A program made the translations under genes and the position numbers. From Candidatus Saccharimonadota bacterium (GTDB lineage Bacteria > Patescibacteriota > Microgenomatia > UBA1406 > GWC2-37-13), in the NCBI GenBank assembly GCA_016700135.1, contig CP065004.1:660001-692000 (forward strand): DNA of 32,000 nt, in the 5' to 3' direction. Below are positions 8,295-16,964 of this stretch, piece after piece. The notes under the pieces were generated by a model. It was not told the origin of the DNA, searched no databases, and saw nothing but the letters and a program-made list of their open reading frames with translations. Positions within the stretch are counted from its first letter, which is position 1, and each line of letters starts with the position of its first letter.

Positions 8295-9302
8295 TTATTC
8301 AAATTGCTTGATTATTCCTGCAATTTGTTCTTTCTTTTCTTCGGTAACGGCAATAAGGATTATTCCCATATCAGCTTGCCCGTAAACAACTACTGAGTTC
8401 AATGGAGAGAGAAGAATGGCGGGGAGAGCTAGGAGATCTTCTTCACCCTTTATTATTATTGTCTTCATTCCGCTATCTTCTATATCGGAAATTGCCTGAT
8501 GTATTGCTTTAACAGTTGTCTGTTTTATTGTGCCGGGGGGATTGGTTATAGCGTTCTTTGACCTTTGTATTATCGGTAAATCTTTCCTTCGTGAACGGTT
8601 ATCCCGAATGATAAGTTGAGGTTTGAAGCCTGCAGCAAGAAGAGAGTCTGAAACAATATCACCAACAAGTATGGTCACAACGGGATGATGCTTTTGTATG
8701 GCTCGTACAGCTTTTTCGGCTGTAAAAGAAGCAAACCTTTCTTCACCTTCAATAATTGTCCCTAAAGGTTTCCTTAAAAGTTCTCTTAAGCGCGGCGGAA
8801 GATTAAGTTGCCGTGTTTTTGTAAATAATTGCAGATAGGAGTTCCCCAATCTGTTTATTGCTCCCTTACGAATTCTTTCAGCACGGACAATTTTATTGTC
8901 CGTTCCTTTTAAAAACGGGACAGATACAATATCGAGAGGAAGTAAGCTGTTCTTTTTACGTCTTTTATTGATTTTTAGTGCATTCTCAGAGGTTTCTCTG
9001 GTTACAATTATTGCCTGAAGGGTGTTGTCAGTATCAGCAGTTCCGTATATATCGTTTAGCGGGAAAATTACAGCTCTTTCTTTCCAACCATTTTGAATTA
9101 AATAGTCGGTTAAGTATTCTTTTCTCAAGTGAAAAGATTGAATAGATTGAGATAGTATCTTTTTTTGAATAAACTGATCAGTTGAAATCCCAATTGAAAC
9201 TTTCAGCCCTGTATGAAAAGCAAAGTCCAGTATACGTTTATGGCCGGCATGAAGATGGTCAAATGTTCCTCCCAAACATACATGTCTATAGTGATATCTC
9301 AT
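8295..9302 (-). CDS. Fusion protein: N-terminal archaeal/eukaryotic-type phosphopantetheine adenylyltransferase (cytidylyltransferase fold) plus C-terminal DUF359-type GTP-dependent dephospho-CoA kinase-like domain
   Basis: N-terminus: GGTFDHLHAGHKRIL (the (H/T)xGH nucleotidyltransferase motif), ..IVTRETSENALKINKRR..IVSVPF.., ..RAERIRKG. C-terminus: VGDIVSDSLLAAGFKPQLIIRDNRSRR..TNPPGTI..IKGEEDLLALPAILLSP..VVVYGQADMGI matches the remembered DUF359 pattern (GDvv.., D.kt.R, NPpG.I, GEEDLl.lP, YGQP..G). Confidence 0.7.
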   Translation of the reverse strand: MRYHYRHVCLGGTFDHLHAGHKRILDFAFHTGLKVSIGISTDQFIQKKILSQSIQSFHLRKEYLTDYLIQNGWKERAVIFPLNDIYGTADTDNTLQAIIVTRETSENALKINKRRKKNSLLPLDIVSVPFLKGTDNKIVRAERIRKGAINRLGNSYLQLFTKTRQLNLPPRLRELLRKPLGTIIEGEERFASFTAEKAVRAIQKHHPVVTILVGDIVSDSLLAAGFKPQLIIRDNRSRRKDLPIIQRSKNAITNPPGTIKQTTVKAIHQAISDIEDSGMKTIIIKGEEDLLALPAILLSPLNSVVVYGQADMGIILIAVTEEKKEQIAGIIKQFE

Positions 9303-9312
9303 ATCATTAATA

Positions 9313-9321
9313 ATTATATCA
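9313..9321 (-). promoter_or_regulatory. Extended -10 (TGaTATAAT), 10 nt upstream of the ATG at 9302
   Basis: The minus strand reads ..ccctaacTGaTATAATtattaatgatATG. There is no SD and no convincing -35. Confidence 0.35.
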
Positions 9322-9800
9322 GTTAGGGTCTCTAGTCGAGAAGTAATTCCTCTGAATACAGTATTTAGTCTAAATTAATTTATCAACTTTTATACTTATA
9401 TAGAAACTTAAACCTGCAATTTGAATAAATATCATTAGTAAATTGGTTTATTGAGAACTGTCTTTATATATATGTATTTTGTAACAAAAGAACAGGATAT
9501 GTGCCAATCATCTCTAGATACATATAGAGCCCTATTTAAAGAGGTGCCTTTTAATGCCAAAAATATGATAAATGATTTAATATCAATTTAGCCATTTCCA
9601 ACAATCTGCTTTAATTTGTTACTAATAAAGAGAGGGGGGATAATCGATTATTTATAGTCTTATAGTGATGAACAAATAAATGATTTAGGAAATCATGAAT
9701 AAACTTCAATTTTCATTATTAACTCTGCAGACTTACTTTCTGCTGCAGTCACAAAACCTATATGAATAATATAAAAAGAGCTTCCTGAGTAGGATTATAC

Positions 9801-9829
9801 TTGAGATACTTCTTTCTCTCCCGTATAAT
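9801..9829 (+). promoter_or_regulatory. Sigma70-like promoter of leuS: -35 TTGAGA, 17-bp spacer, -10 TATAAT
   Basis: TTGAGA is at 9801..9806 and TATAAT at 9824..9829. The ATG at 9846 is only 16 nt after the -10, implying a 5' UTR of about 9-10 nt with no SD. Confidence 0.45.
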
Positions 9830-9845
9830 TACGTGACATACTCAT

Positions 9846-12476
9846 ATGGCAAAAAAATACCAACCTCAAACGTTTGAAAAACATTGGCAGGAGCAATGGG
9901 AGAAGGAAAAAACATATAAAGCTACTGCGAGCAAAAAGGATAAAAAATATATTCTGGACATGTTCCCGTATCCCTCAGGTGCAGGCCTTCATGTAGGGCA
10001 TCCCAGAGGATATACTGCTACGGATATTCTTTCACGATATTATCGGATGCAGGGATTCGATGTACTTCATCCGATGGGGTGGGATGCATTTGGACTCCCG
10101 GCGGAAAATGCAGCTATAAAGGCAAAAACTAATCCGAAAAAGCTAGTACCACAAAATATTGCAAACTTCAAAAGGCAAATGAAAATGCTGGGATTCTCAT
10201 ATGATTGGGATCGTGAGTTTGCGACAACTGATCCCGTATACTTCAAATGGACACAGTGGCTGTTTATTCAGTTCTTCCGCATGGGACTGTTATATAAAAA
10301 AAATACCCCGATAAATTATTGTCCCAGTTGCAAAACGGGTTTGGCAGAAGAAGAAGTTCTGCCTGACGGTACGCATGAAAGGTGCGGTAATCCGATTACT
10401 AAGAAAGATCTGCCGCAATGGATTTTCCGAATCACTAAATATGCAGATGAGCTTATTGATAGCCTTGATGGACTGAAATGGCCAAAAGGTATCCTTGAAA
10501 TGCAAAGAAACTGGATTGGGCGTAAAGAGGGAATTAACATCACTTACAAGATTGAAGGGACAAAAGAGTCGGTCACGTGTTTTACAACAAGGCCTGAAAC
10601 TAATTTTGGGGCAACCTTTATCGTAATTGCTCCTGAACATGAGTTGACCGGAAAAATTATTGACGGTTCTATTCAATCAGGAGAAATCACTGAAAAGGTG
10701 CGCACGGAGGTAGAGCGCTACGTGGCTCAGGCAAAAGCTAAAACTGAACTTGAGCGTATTTCTGAAGGAAGAAAAAAGACGGGTGCATTTACCGGGTTAT
10801 ATGCACTCAATAATCTGAACGGGAATAAGATTCCTTTGTGGGTTTCTGACTTTGTATTGAAGGATTTTGGCACGGGGGCGGTTGTCGGAGTTCCCGGGCA
10901 TGATTTACGGGACTTCGAGTTTGCGCAGGAGTTCAAGCTCCCAGTGTTAAGAGTAGTTGTTAGCAGCGATGGGGATACTTCGCCAATAAAAACAGCATCC
11001 CAAGTTCAGGAAGAAGATGGGAAAATGGTTAATTCTGAATTCCTTGACGGAATGGATATCCATAAAGCCAAAGCTCAAATCATGGATTATCTTGAGGAAA
11101 AAGGGTGGGGAGAAAAAGTCGTTTCTTATCATTTACGCGATTGGATTTTTTCACGACAGAGATACTGGGGAGAGCCTATCCCGATGGTCTATTGTGAGGT
11201 TTGTTCGAAGAATAAACGATCCGGACTTACATCAGAAGATCAAAATTTATCCGTTCGTGAAAAAAACGTAGAAGATAAGATTAATGGATGGAAGAGCGAG
11301 GTAGAGCCTTCAATGTACGGCTGGTATCCCATTAGTGCGAATGATCTTCCGTTGGATTTGCCGGATGTTGACAGTTATGAACCTCTCGAAAGCGGTGAGT
11401 CGCCACTTGCTGCAATCGACAGTTTTGTAAAAACAACCTGCCCGAACTGCGGAGCTGTTGCAAAGCGTGAAACTGACACAATGCCCAACTGGGCAGGTTC
11501 ATGCTGGTATTTCCTGTACTTTGCAAGCAGTGAAGTTTTAAATAAAAGTACTTTAGACACAGAACCCAATGCAGAAGAATGGCAAAAATTGATCGGAGAT
11601 GCTTCCCGACATTGGCTGCCGGTTGATTGGTATGTGGGTGGGGCGGAACATGCTGTATTGCACCTTCTGTACTCCAGGTTCTGGATGCATGCCATGTATG
11701 ATCTTGGGATTGTTGATGTACGTGAACCGTTTATGCGCTTAAGGAATGTAGGTATGATTTTAGCTGAGGATAATAGAAAAATGAGTAAATCATGGGGGAA
11801 TGTCATCAACCCCGATGACGTTGTGAGTGAATATGGGGCTGATAGTTTGAGGTTGTATGAAATGTTTATGGCGCCTTTTTCACAGGAAATAGCTTGGTCA
11901 ACCCGAACTCTACAGGGAACATATCGGTTTCTGAAAAGAGTCTGGGCCATGAGCCAGTTATATGCAAACGGAGATGCCCAAAATATGCCCGAGAACGAAG
12001 ATCTTAAGCGAAAGCTGCACCAGACCATTGACAAAGTTTCACGTGATATTCCTGACATAAAATTCAACACAGCAGTGGCGGCAATGATGGAATTTTTGAA
12101 TGAATGGGAAAAAACGTTTAACGTAAACAGAGAAACATTGGGAAAAGAAGACTTTAAGGCATTCTTAAAGATACTGGCACCGTTTGCTCCCTACATGACT
12201 GAAGAAATTTGGCACACAGTCTGTGGAGAAAAGACATCAATACATCTTGCAGTCTGGCCAGTTGCAGATACAGAATTCATTAAAAGCTCTGACGGAGAAA
12301 TTCCAGTACAGGTCAATGGTAAGGTCCGCACGATAATCAAAGTACCTAATGATTACGGACGTGAAAAAGTCCTTCAAGAAGCCCTAAAACATGAAAAAGT
12401 ACAAAAGTACGTGACAGCAGGTAAGTATAAGAAAGTAATATTTGTACCGGGCAAAATCTTAAATATTATTGTGTAA
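9846..12476 (+). CDS. leuS: Leucyl-tRNA synthetase (bacterial type)
   Basis: PYPSGAGLHVGHPRGY (HIGH), a Zn module CPSC..C, the CP1 editing domain (TTRPETNFGATF, GTGAVVGVPGHD), KMSKSWGN (KMSKS), and a C-terminal anticodon-binding/C-terminal domain. Confidence 0.95.
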   Translation: MAKKYQPQTFEKHWQEQWEKEKTYKATASKKDKKYILDMFPYPSGAGLHVGHPRGYTATDILSRYYRMQGFDVLHPMGWDAFGLPAENAAIKAKTNPKKLVPQNIANFKRQMKMLGFSYDWDREFATTDPVYFKWTQWLFIQFFRMGLLYKKNTPINYCPSCKTGLAEEEVLPDGTHERCGNPITKKDLPQWIFRITKYADELIDSLDGLKWPKGILEMQRNWIGRKEGINITYKIEGTKESVTCFTTRPETNFGATFIVIAPEHELTGKIIDGSIQSGEITEKVRTEVERYVAQAKAKTELERISEGRKKTGAFTGLYALNNLNGNKIPLWVSDFVLKDFGTGAVVGVPGHDLRDFEFAQEFKLPVLRVVVSSDGDTSPIKTASQVQEEDGKMVNSEFLDGMDIHKAKAQIMDYLEEKGWGEKVVSYHLRDWIFSRQRYWGEPIPMVYCEVCSKNKRSGLTSEDQNLSVREKNVEDKINGWKSEVEPSMYGWYPISANDLPLDLPDVDSYEPLESGESPLAAIDSFVKTTCPNCGAVAKRETDTMPNWAGSCWYFLYFASSEVLNKSTLDTEPNAEEWQKLIGDASRHWLPVDWYVGGAEHAVLHLLYSRFWMHAMYDLGIVDVREPFMRLRNVGMILAEDNRKMSKSWGNVINPDDVVSEYGADSLRLYEMFMAPFSQEIAWSTRTLQGTYRFLKRVWAMSQLYANGDAQNMPENEDLKRKLHQTIDKVSRDIPDIKFNTAVAAMMEFLNEWEKTFNVNRETLGKEDFKAFLKILAPFAPYMTEEIWHTVCGEKTSIHLAVWPVADTEFIKSSDGEIPVQVNGKVRTIIKVPNDYGREKVLQEALKHEKVQKYVTAGKYKKVIFVPGKILNIIV

Positions 12477-12505
12477 TGAAGGATATTTCTCAAAAAAATA
12501 TTTAT

Positions 12506-12580
12506 TGGTGAGCCCGCCGAGACTCGAACTCGGAACCAATAGCTTAAAAGGCTACTGCTCTACCATTGAGCTACGGGCCC
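12506..12580 (-). tRNA. tRNA-Lys (anticodon UUU), CCA encoded
   Basis: The reverse complement reads GGGCCCG-TA-GCTC-AATGGTA-GAGC-A-GTAGC-CTTTTAA-GCTAT-TGGTT-CCGAG-TTCGAGT-CTCGG-CGGGCTC-A-CCA. The acceptor stem is 7 bp with one G-U. The anticodon loop CT-TTT-AA and the T-loop TTCGAGT are as expected. Confidence 0.9.
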
Positions 12581-12669
12581 ATGTATTCCATTCAAAAGAC
12601 AGCAGAAAGATTCTGACTGGTAGCTTTAGAACCGAACAAGATGGATATGAAATTGTATCAACTAAACCT

Positions 12670-13113
12670 CTAATTTTCAACGGGAGCTTGTTTGGTCACG
12701 GTAATCTCAAGTTTGGCATCTGGCACGGACTCTGTATCTACATGATATACACCTTCATTCATGAGTACTACAATAAACCGTTCGGATTCGCCGTATCCGC
12801 GTTCAGTCCTGAGTTTCTCTTCATTTGACCTCAACTTCATTAGCGTTGATGTGCTTTTATTGGTTATTTCGATACGCTTACCAATCGGGACAGAAATATA
12901 TTGCGGATCAAACTTATGACCGTCAAATGAAATCTTAACCGCGTTTGAATCATTATCACTTAATCGCTGTTTTGTGATGTCGGTTGTCTTTTCACCCGTC
13001 CTCATAAGACTAATAATAGCCTCAGGTGGGCGAACCATCAGAATAGCATTAGTATAAAAACCGATAATGAAAGCAATAACAAATAGGGCAACGCCTCGAA
13101 TATAACTTTGCAT
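12670..13113 (-). CDS. Hypothetical membrane-anchored protein with a small beta-sandwich (cupredoxin-like fold guess, no obvious Cu ligands)
   Basis: N-terminal TM helix (GVALFVIAFIIGFY). The pattern FDGHKFDPQYISVPIGKRIEITN..GVYHVD..LEITV resembles cupredoxin_1/EfeO-N-type strands. It is the last gene of the minus-strand surface operon, starting 3 nt after the upstream stop. Confidence 0.5.
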   Translation of the reverse strand: MQSYIRGVALFVIAFIIGFYTNAILMVRPPEAIISLMRTGEKTTDITKQRLSDNDSNAVKISFDGHKFDPQYISVPIGKRIEITNKSTSTLMKLRSNEEKLRTERGYGESERFIVVLMNEGVYHVDTESVPDAKLEITVTKQAPVEN

Positions 13114-13115
13114 GG

Positions 13116-14033
13116 TTATTTATTGGCAGTCCTTTTATTTCGTCTGAGATACTTCCTGATCAGAAGTATTATGACGATCAGGATGATAATTCCTGCCACG
13201 ATCTTGACTGGGAAAGCAAAAAACGGAGTGTATGTAGTAATGCTTTTATTTTCACTCCCATAATAAACGATTGCTACAGCCTGATAGGGGCCGATTAAGA
13301 ATTTTTGGTTAAATGAGGTGTCAATGACCCGTGCAGCATCAGGGAAAACATTAGTCGGGGGAATAACTATATCTTCAACTTTTTTTCCTAATACATTCAT
13401 GATGCTGACAATTCCGGTTGCTTTCACATGAACATTTCCTCCATTCTGAAGCCTCAAAGTGAGTGGTACCGGTCCGAATTCTACAAACGACGGAGCGGAA
13501 AATTCAAGAACTTTTATGTTCTCATCGACTGGACCTGATACGCGCAATAAAAACAATGAAGCAATCTCTTGGGCAATCGCTGCACTGTTTGGAGTGGTTC
13601 CTCCGTTTATCGAAAATACCATTGCTCCGTATCTTCCTCCTCCTACCTTCTGGTCCGGAACTTTAATTGTTACTTGTACTTCGCGTTCTGATTTCGGCTC
13701 AAGGGTAAAGGTAGCAGGTGATATGGTAGACCAACTGGAAATTGCCCATGGGCCTTGCTCGACAAGTGCCACCTGTCCGCCTTCTCCTTCAGCTGTAAAG
13801 TCTTCAATTCTTGTTGTAAGAGTGTAGGGGATATTTCCTTTATTTCTGGCTTTGGCCTTCAATGTAATTGTCTGACCGGGATCTACATCAAGCTCTTGGG
13901 ATGGAGGAGATATCTCAATAGATTGCTCAGGTGTGATATTCTGTGCAAAGTTTGAAGTGATGTTAAAAGCTAATATTCCCGCGGTTAGAATAATAAGTAC
14001 AAGCAACGATAGAAGATATTTCTTTTTAGACAT
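13116..14033 (-). CDS. DUF916-like cell-surface protein (signal peptide, beta-rich ectodomain, C-terminal TM anchor with basic tail)
   Basis: Signal/TM LLSLLVLIILTAGILA. IEISPPSQELDVDPGQTITLKAKARNKG..TLEPKSEREVQVTIKVPDQKVGGGRYGAMVF matches the pattern remembered for DUF916/CscA proteins of WxL loci. C-terminal anchor: IVAGIIILIVIILLIRKYLRRNKR. GGAG lies 12 nt upstream of the ATG. Confidence 0.65.
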   Translation of the reverse strand: MSKKKYLLSLLVLIILTAGILAFNITSNFAQNITPEQSIEISPPSQELDVDPGQTITLKAKARNKGNIPYTLTTRIEDFTAEGEGGQVALVEQGPWAISSWSTISPATFTLEPKSEREVQVTIKVPDQKVGGGRYGAMVFSINGGTTPNSAAIAQEIASLFLLRVSGPVDENIKVLEFSAPSFVEFGPVPLTLRLQNGGNVHVKATGIVSIMNVLGKKVEDIVIPPTNVFPDAARVIDTSFNQKFLIGPYQAVAIVYYGSENKSITTYTPFFAFPVKIVAGIIILIVIILLIRKYLRRNKRTANK

Positions 14034-14061
14034 ACTGCATTATAACTCCAATTTTATAGAA

Positions 14062-15210
14062 TTAATATGTTGGAGTTGCGACAAGGATAATTGTACCAGT
14101 GTAGTTACCTGCTGGTTGCAGTTCATTTACCTCAGCTCTCCAACCTACACGCTTCGATTCAGATCCGCCTGCCGGGGCAGCAGCATTATATATCAATTCC
14201 TCAGGAGTTGTTGAAAAACCAGCCCAATTGTTTGAACTAAAGCGATTAGTTGTACCCGTACCTAGGGTAAAGTCTTCAGTTGTATATCCGAAGAATCCGG
14301 TGTTAGTATTGGCTACTCCTCCGTTTGGAGCTCCTGTAGCCCAAGATGCGGGAGAAGCATTCGTACCGGTGAAGTTATCAATATTGTTGGATCCGTCATT
14401 AAGCGGAGCACTTGATCCGGGATCAATATATTTTACAGTCACCTGGTACCCATTCACTGAGTTGGTCTCAACCGTAATGTCATGGGCAGCAGTATTCGGA
14501 TCTTCATCAGCAAGAGTTCCGAACGGTATAGTATTTGCGGTTGTTACGACATCAAGCGTAGCTCCGTTTACTTGGCCGTTCACCAGTCCAATACCTGAAG
14601 TATCATTAGAACCGTCAACAGGATCAACGGTAAAGGTAAATGTCGGTCCGATTGAAGCCGTAACTGTGATAGAAGTATCAGTCAGGACAGCTGCCGCAAC
14701 CTGAGCAGTATCAATCGTTGCATTTGAACCATCACGGGTTGTGATGTTTACAAAAAATGATGTATCAGCAGTAGAAGGGTTCGTAACGTTTGTCCACGGA
14801 ATAGTGATTGCAACACCGTTGTTTACTGATGCAGGTGAAGTAACAGTATATGTCGCCACATTTGATGCAACTCCTCCGGTTCCAGCACCCAGTCCTGTCA
14901 CTGATCCGACCGCCGTTCCGATAGTAAGGCCGGTAGGAGCACTACAGGTACCGGTTGAGGCAGTACAATACTCAAATCTTACCGAAGCAATAGTTCCTGT
15001 TGTTGCAGTTGTAAACGTAAAAGAATGTGTTGTTCCTGTATTTGAAGCACGTGAATCGCTGATTGTAAGTGCCGCCGTAGTCAAGGTACCTGCCAATACA
15101 TTTTGCATGATAAGATATTTCGACAAAGGAGGCACAATAAGGAGAAGAGTGATGATAAAAGAGACTAATACGATTCTGGATATTAGTTTCAAGTAATAAA
15201 ATTTCAACAT
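14062..15210 (-). CDS. Secreted T/G/N-rich surface protein with a WxL-like C-terminal domain
   Basis: N-terminal hydrophobic anchor/signal. The C-terminal region has TIPFGTL.., ..NGYQVTVK.., ..PAGNYTGTIILVATPTY(stop), which parallels the LxFG / GWxLxV / aGxYxGxLTWxLxxaP layout of WxL domains. It is a paralogue of 16965..18032. Confidence 0.65.
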   Translation of the reverse strand: MLKFYYLKLISRIVLVSFIITLLLIVPPLSKYLIMQNVLAGTLTTAALTISDSRASNTGTTHSFTFTTATTGTIASVRFEYCTASTGTCSAPTGLTIGTAVGSVTGLGAGTGGVASNVATYTVTSPASVNNGVAITIPWTNVTNPSTADTSFFVNITTRDGSNATIDTAQVAAAVLTDTSITVTASIGPTFTFTVDPVDGSNDTSGIGLVNGQVNGATLDVVTTANTIPFGTLADEDPNTAAHDITVETNSVNGYQVTVKYIDPGSSAPLNDGSNNIDNFTGTNASPASWATGAPNGGVANTNTGFFGYTTEDFTLGTGTTNRFSSNNWAGFSTTPEELIYNAAAPAGGSESKRVGWRAEVNELQPAGNYTGTIILVATPTY

Positions 15211-15643
15211 GTGTTTCCTTTTCTTGTAAATTTAGCTAGAAAAAGTATAGATATAATCATAATGGCACAGTTCAGAGTGCTTGTCAATAAGTATTACTTT
15301 CTCTTAATTAATTGCTGCACGAAATTTTTCATTCGATCCATCAGAGCAACCTTTCTAGCAAAAAAGAGTAGTGCTATCAACAGTATCAATACAATAATCA
15401 GCTGGGGCGGAAGGTAGAAAAAATACTTTGTGTCAACTGTCTGAATACCGTTGCCCAAGGACACCCGTAATTGTCCGGTATAGAACCCGGGCATGAGATC
15501 GGGTACGGATGCCGTACTTTCCCATGCTCTTGTTTTGCCAGGAAATATAAGCTTTTCTTCCAAAGCAATTTTCTGTTCATTAGTAAAAAAAGAACGAATA
15601 TGAAGAAATGGCCGTGCAGTGAAGTGGTAAAGTGAATTACTTT

Positions 15644-16358
15644 GGCTCTAGACTAGCAGAGTAGTGCTAAACTAGAGGTATGGTTTGTAACAATAGGCCG
15701 ATATCAAAATACAAGAGAAAAAAGATACTATGGTGTTTTGCACACGATCTGAGTGCTACACAGACCTCTGGTATTTTGGGTCTCAACCGCAATACAGTCA
15801 ACAAATATTACAATAATATTCGTCAACTCATATATCATCACCAAGTGCACCAGATGCAACGATATGTTGGTGGTGAGATAGAAATTGATGAATCATACTT
15901 TGGACCTCGAAGGATGAGAGGCAAGTCAAGTAAAAGAGGTCGTGGGACGTCATTTAAGCAGGTAGTATTTGGGATATATGAGCGTCAAGGACGTGTATTT
16001 ACTCGTATCATTCCAAACTGTAAAAGAAGAACGCTACATGCTGTTATGAAGGGAAAGATTGACTTGAACAGTACTGTATATTCAGATTCGTGGAGCGGAT
16101 ACAACGGACTTGTTGATGTCGGGTATGACAAACATTTGAGAATCAATCACAAGAAAAATGAGTTCTCAAATACAAAAGGGGTCCATATCAATGGCATAGA
16201 GTCATTCTGGTCCTTTTGTAAAAGACGTCTCGTTAAGTTCAATGGTGTAAAGAAAAACTTTCCATTACACTTGAAAGAGTGTGAATGGAGATGGAGCAAA
16301 TCCCCATCGATCCTTTACAATGAACTATTACAAATTGTTAATGTGCTAGTCTAGAGCC
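15644..16358 (+). mobile_element. IS1595-family (ISXO2/IS1016-like) insertion sequence, 715 bp
   Basis: Perfect 15-bp terminal inverted repeats GGCTCTAGACTAGCA (15644..15658 and the reverse complement of 16344..16358). It is flanked by a 7-bp direct repeat TTACTTT (15637..15643 and 16359..16365). It carries one transposase ORF. Confidence 0.85.
15680..16354 (+). CDS. ISXO2-like (IS1595 family) DDE transposase, 224 aa
   Basis: GEIEIDESYFGPRR..GRGTSFKQVVFGIYERQGRVF..VYSDSWSGY..HLRINHKKNEF..HINGIESFWSFCKRRL matches the DDE_Tnp_IS1595 pattern. AGAGG lies immediately upstream of the ATG. The stop lies within the right IR. Confidence 0.9.
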   Translation: MVCNNRPISKYKRKKILWCFAHDLSATQTSGILGLNRNTVNKYYNNIRQLIYHHQVHQMQRYVGGEIEIDESYFGPRRMRGKSSKRGRGTSFKQVVFGIYERQGRVFTRIIPNCKRRTLHAVMKGKIDLNSTVYSDSWSGYNGLVDVGYDKHLRINHKKNEFSNTKGVHINGIESFWSFCKRRLVKFNGVKKNFPLHLKECEWRWSKSPSILYNELLQIVNVLV

Positions 16359-16964
16359 TTACTTTTTACTCTGAATTCATAGTCCAGCGAATTTGGGTCT
16401 AGGAGAATAAAAGGAGTATTGTAATCGGAGATAAGGGCAGGATGCACGCCGTTTGCCGGACTGCCGATGTTCGTCAATATCAGTGCACCGATTTTTGTTG
16501 TAAGAAGGGAATTAAACTGTTTTTGATTCGGGAATAGGGGTTCGATGAATATCATGCCATGGTAGCCTCCGAAAGAAATTTTTTGAGGAGTTTTAACCGT
16601 AATGGAAATATTCTGCTTCTCACGCGGTTCAAGAATCATTTCCTTAGGATCAATACTGATCCATGAAATAACTGAGTTGGTGTTATTCTTTTCAAATATA
16701 TAATCTCCAGATTCTTCGGAAACCTGGAAATCTTCTGTAGAAATCCGGACAGGGACAGGGATATCCAGCAAATTCTCAACAGTCATGTCGTAGGTCGTGG
16801 TTTTGTTTGGAGATAATGTCAGATCAAAAATGAACGGAGAAACCCGGATAATCTCACGTTTCGATGATTGAGCGAAGATATTGTTATACAGGCCCGTTAT
16901 ACTATGGGGGAGTATAGTAAATATGGCTAAAATTACGGTTAAAATAAGAGTGCGTTTCATATTA

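Larger units (their letters stand above)
15294..16960 (-). pseudogene. DUF916-like surface protein gene split by an IS1595-family insertion
   Basis: The 5' part (16960..16359: MKRTLILTV..IRVSPFIFDLTLSPNKTTTYDMTVEN..ISFGGYHGMIFIE..) runs into the IS and stops at a TAG inside the IS end. The 3' part (15636..15294) is open in the matching frame and ends with a TM anchor plus basic tail (IIVLILLIALLFFARK..). Removing 15644..16358 and one copy of the 7-bp duplication restores a continuous 314-codon ORF. The intact paralogue is 305 aa. Confidence 0.75.

Noticed and set aside
11190-11330. An insertion of about 35 aa in LeuRS (CEVCSKNKRSGL...SMYGWYP) relative to E. coli or Bacillus, as a novel domain
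   Set aside because: The CEVC here and CPNC about 90 residues later look like the second zinc-binding (ZN-2) module known from Thermus-type bacterial LeuRS. This is probably ordinary lineage variation.
12469-12828. A 119-aa ORF on the plus strand
   Set aside because: It overlaps the tRNA-Lys gene in antisense and the 3' end of the 12670..13113 gene. It has no protein-like features.
14228-15196. Long antisense ORFs inside surface-protein genes (14228..14704, 14741..15196; likewise 1799..2296, 11375..12070, 13459..13827, 20153..20422, 28290..28772)
   Set aside because: They lie opposite much longer ORFs that have clear homology or signal peptides. Biased G/T/S/N-rich repeat coding often leaves the opposite strand open. 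None has start context or recognisable motifs.
15211-15580. ORFs 15211..15417 (+) and 15398..15580 (-)
   Set aside because: They overlap the 3' fragment of the IS-split DUF916-like gene in other frames or on the other strand. The frame 15636..15294 is the one that continues the interrupted gene.
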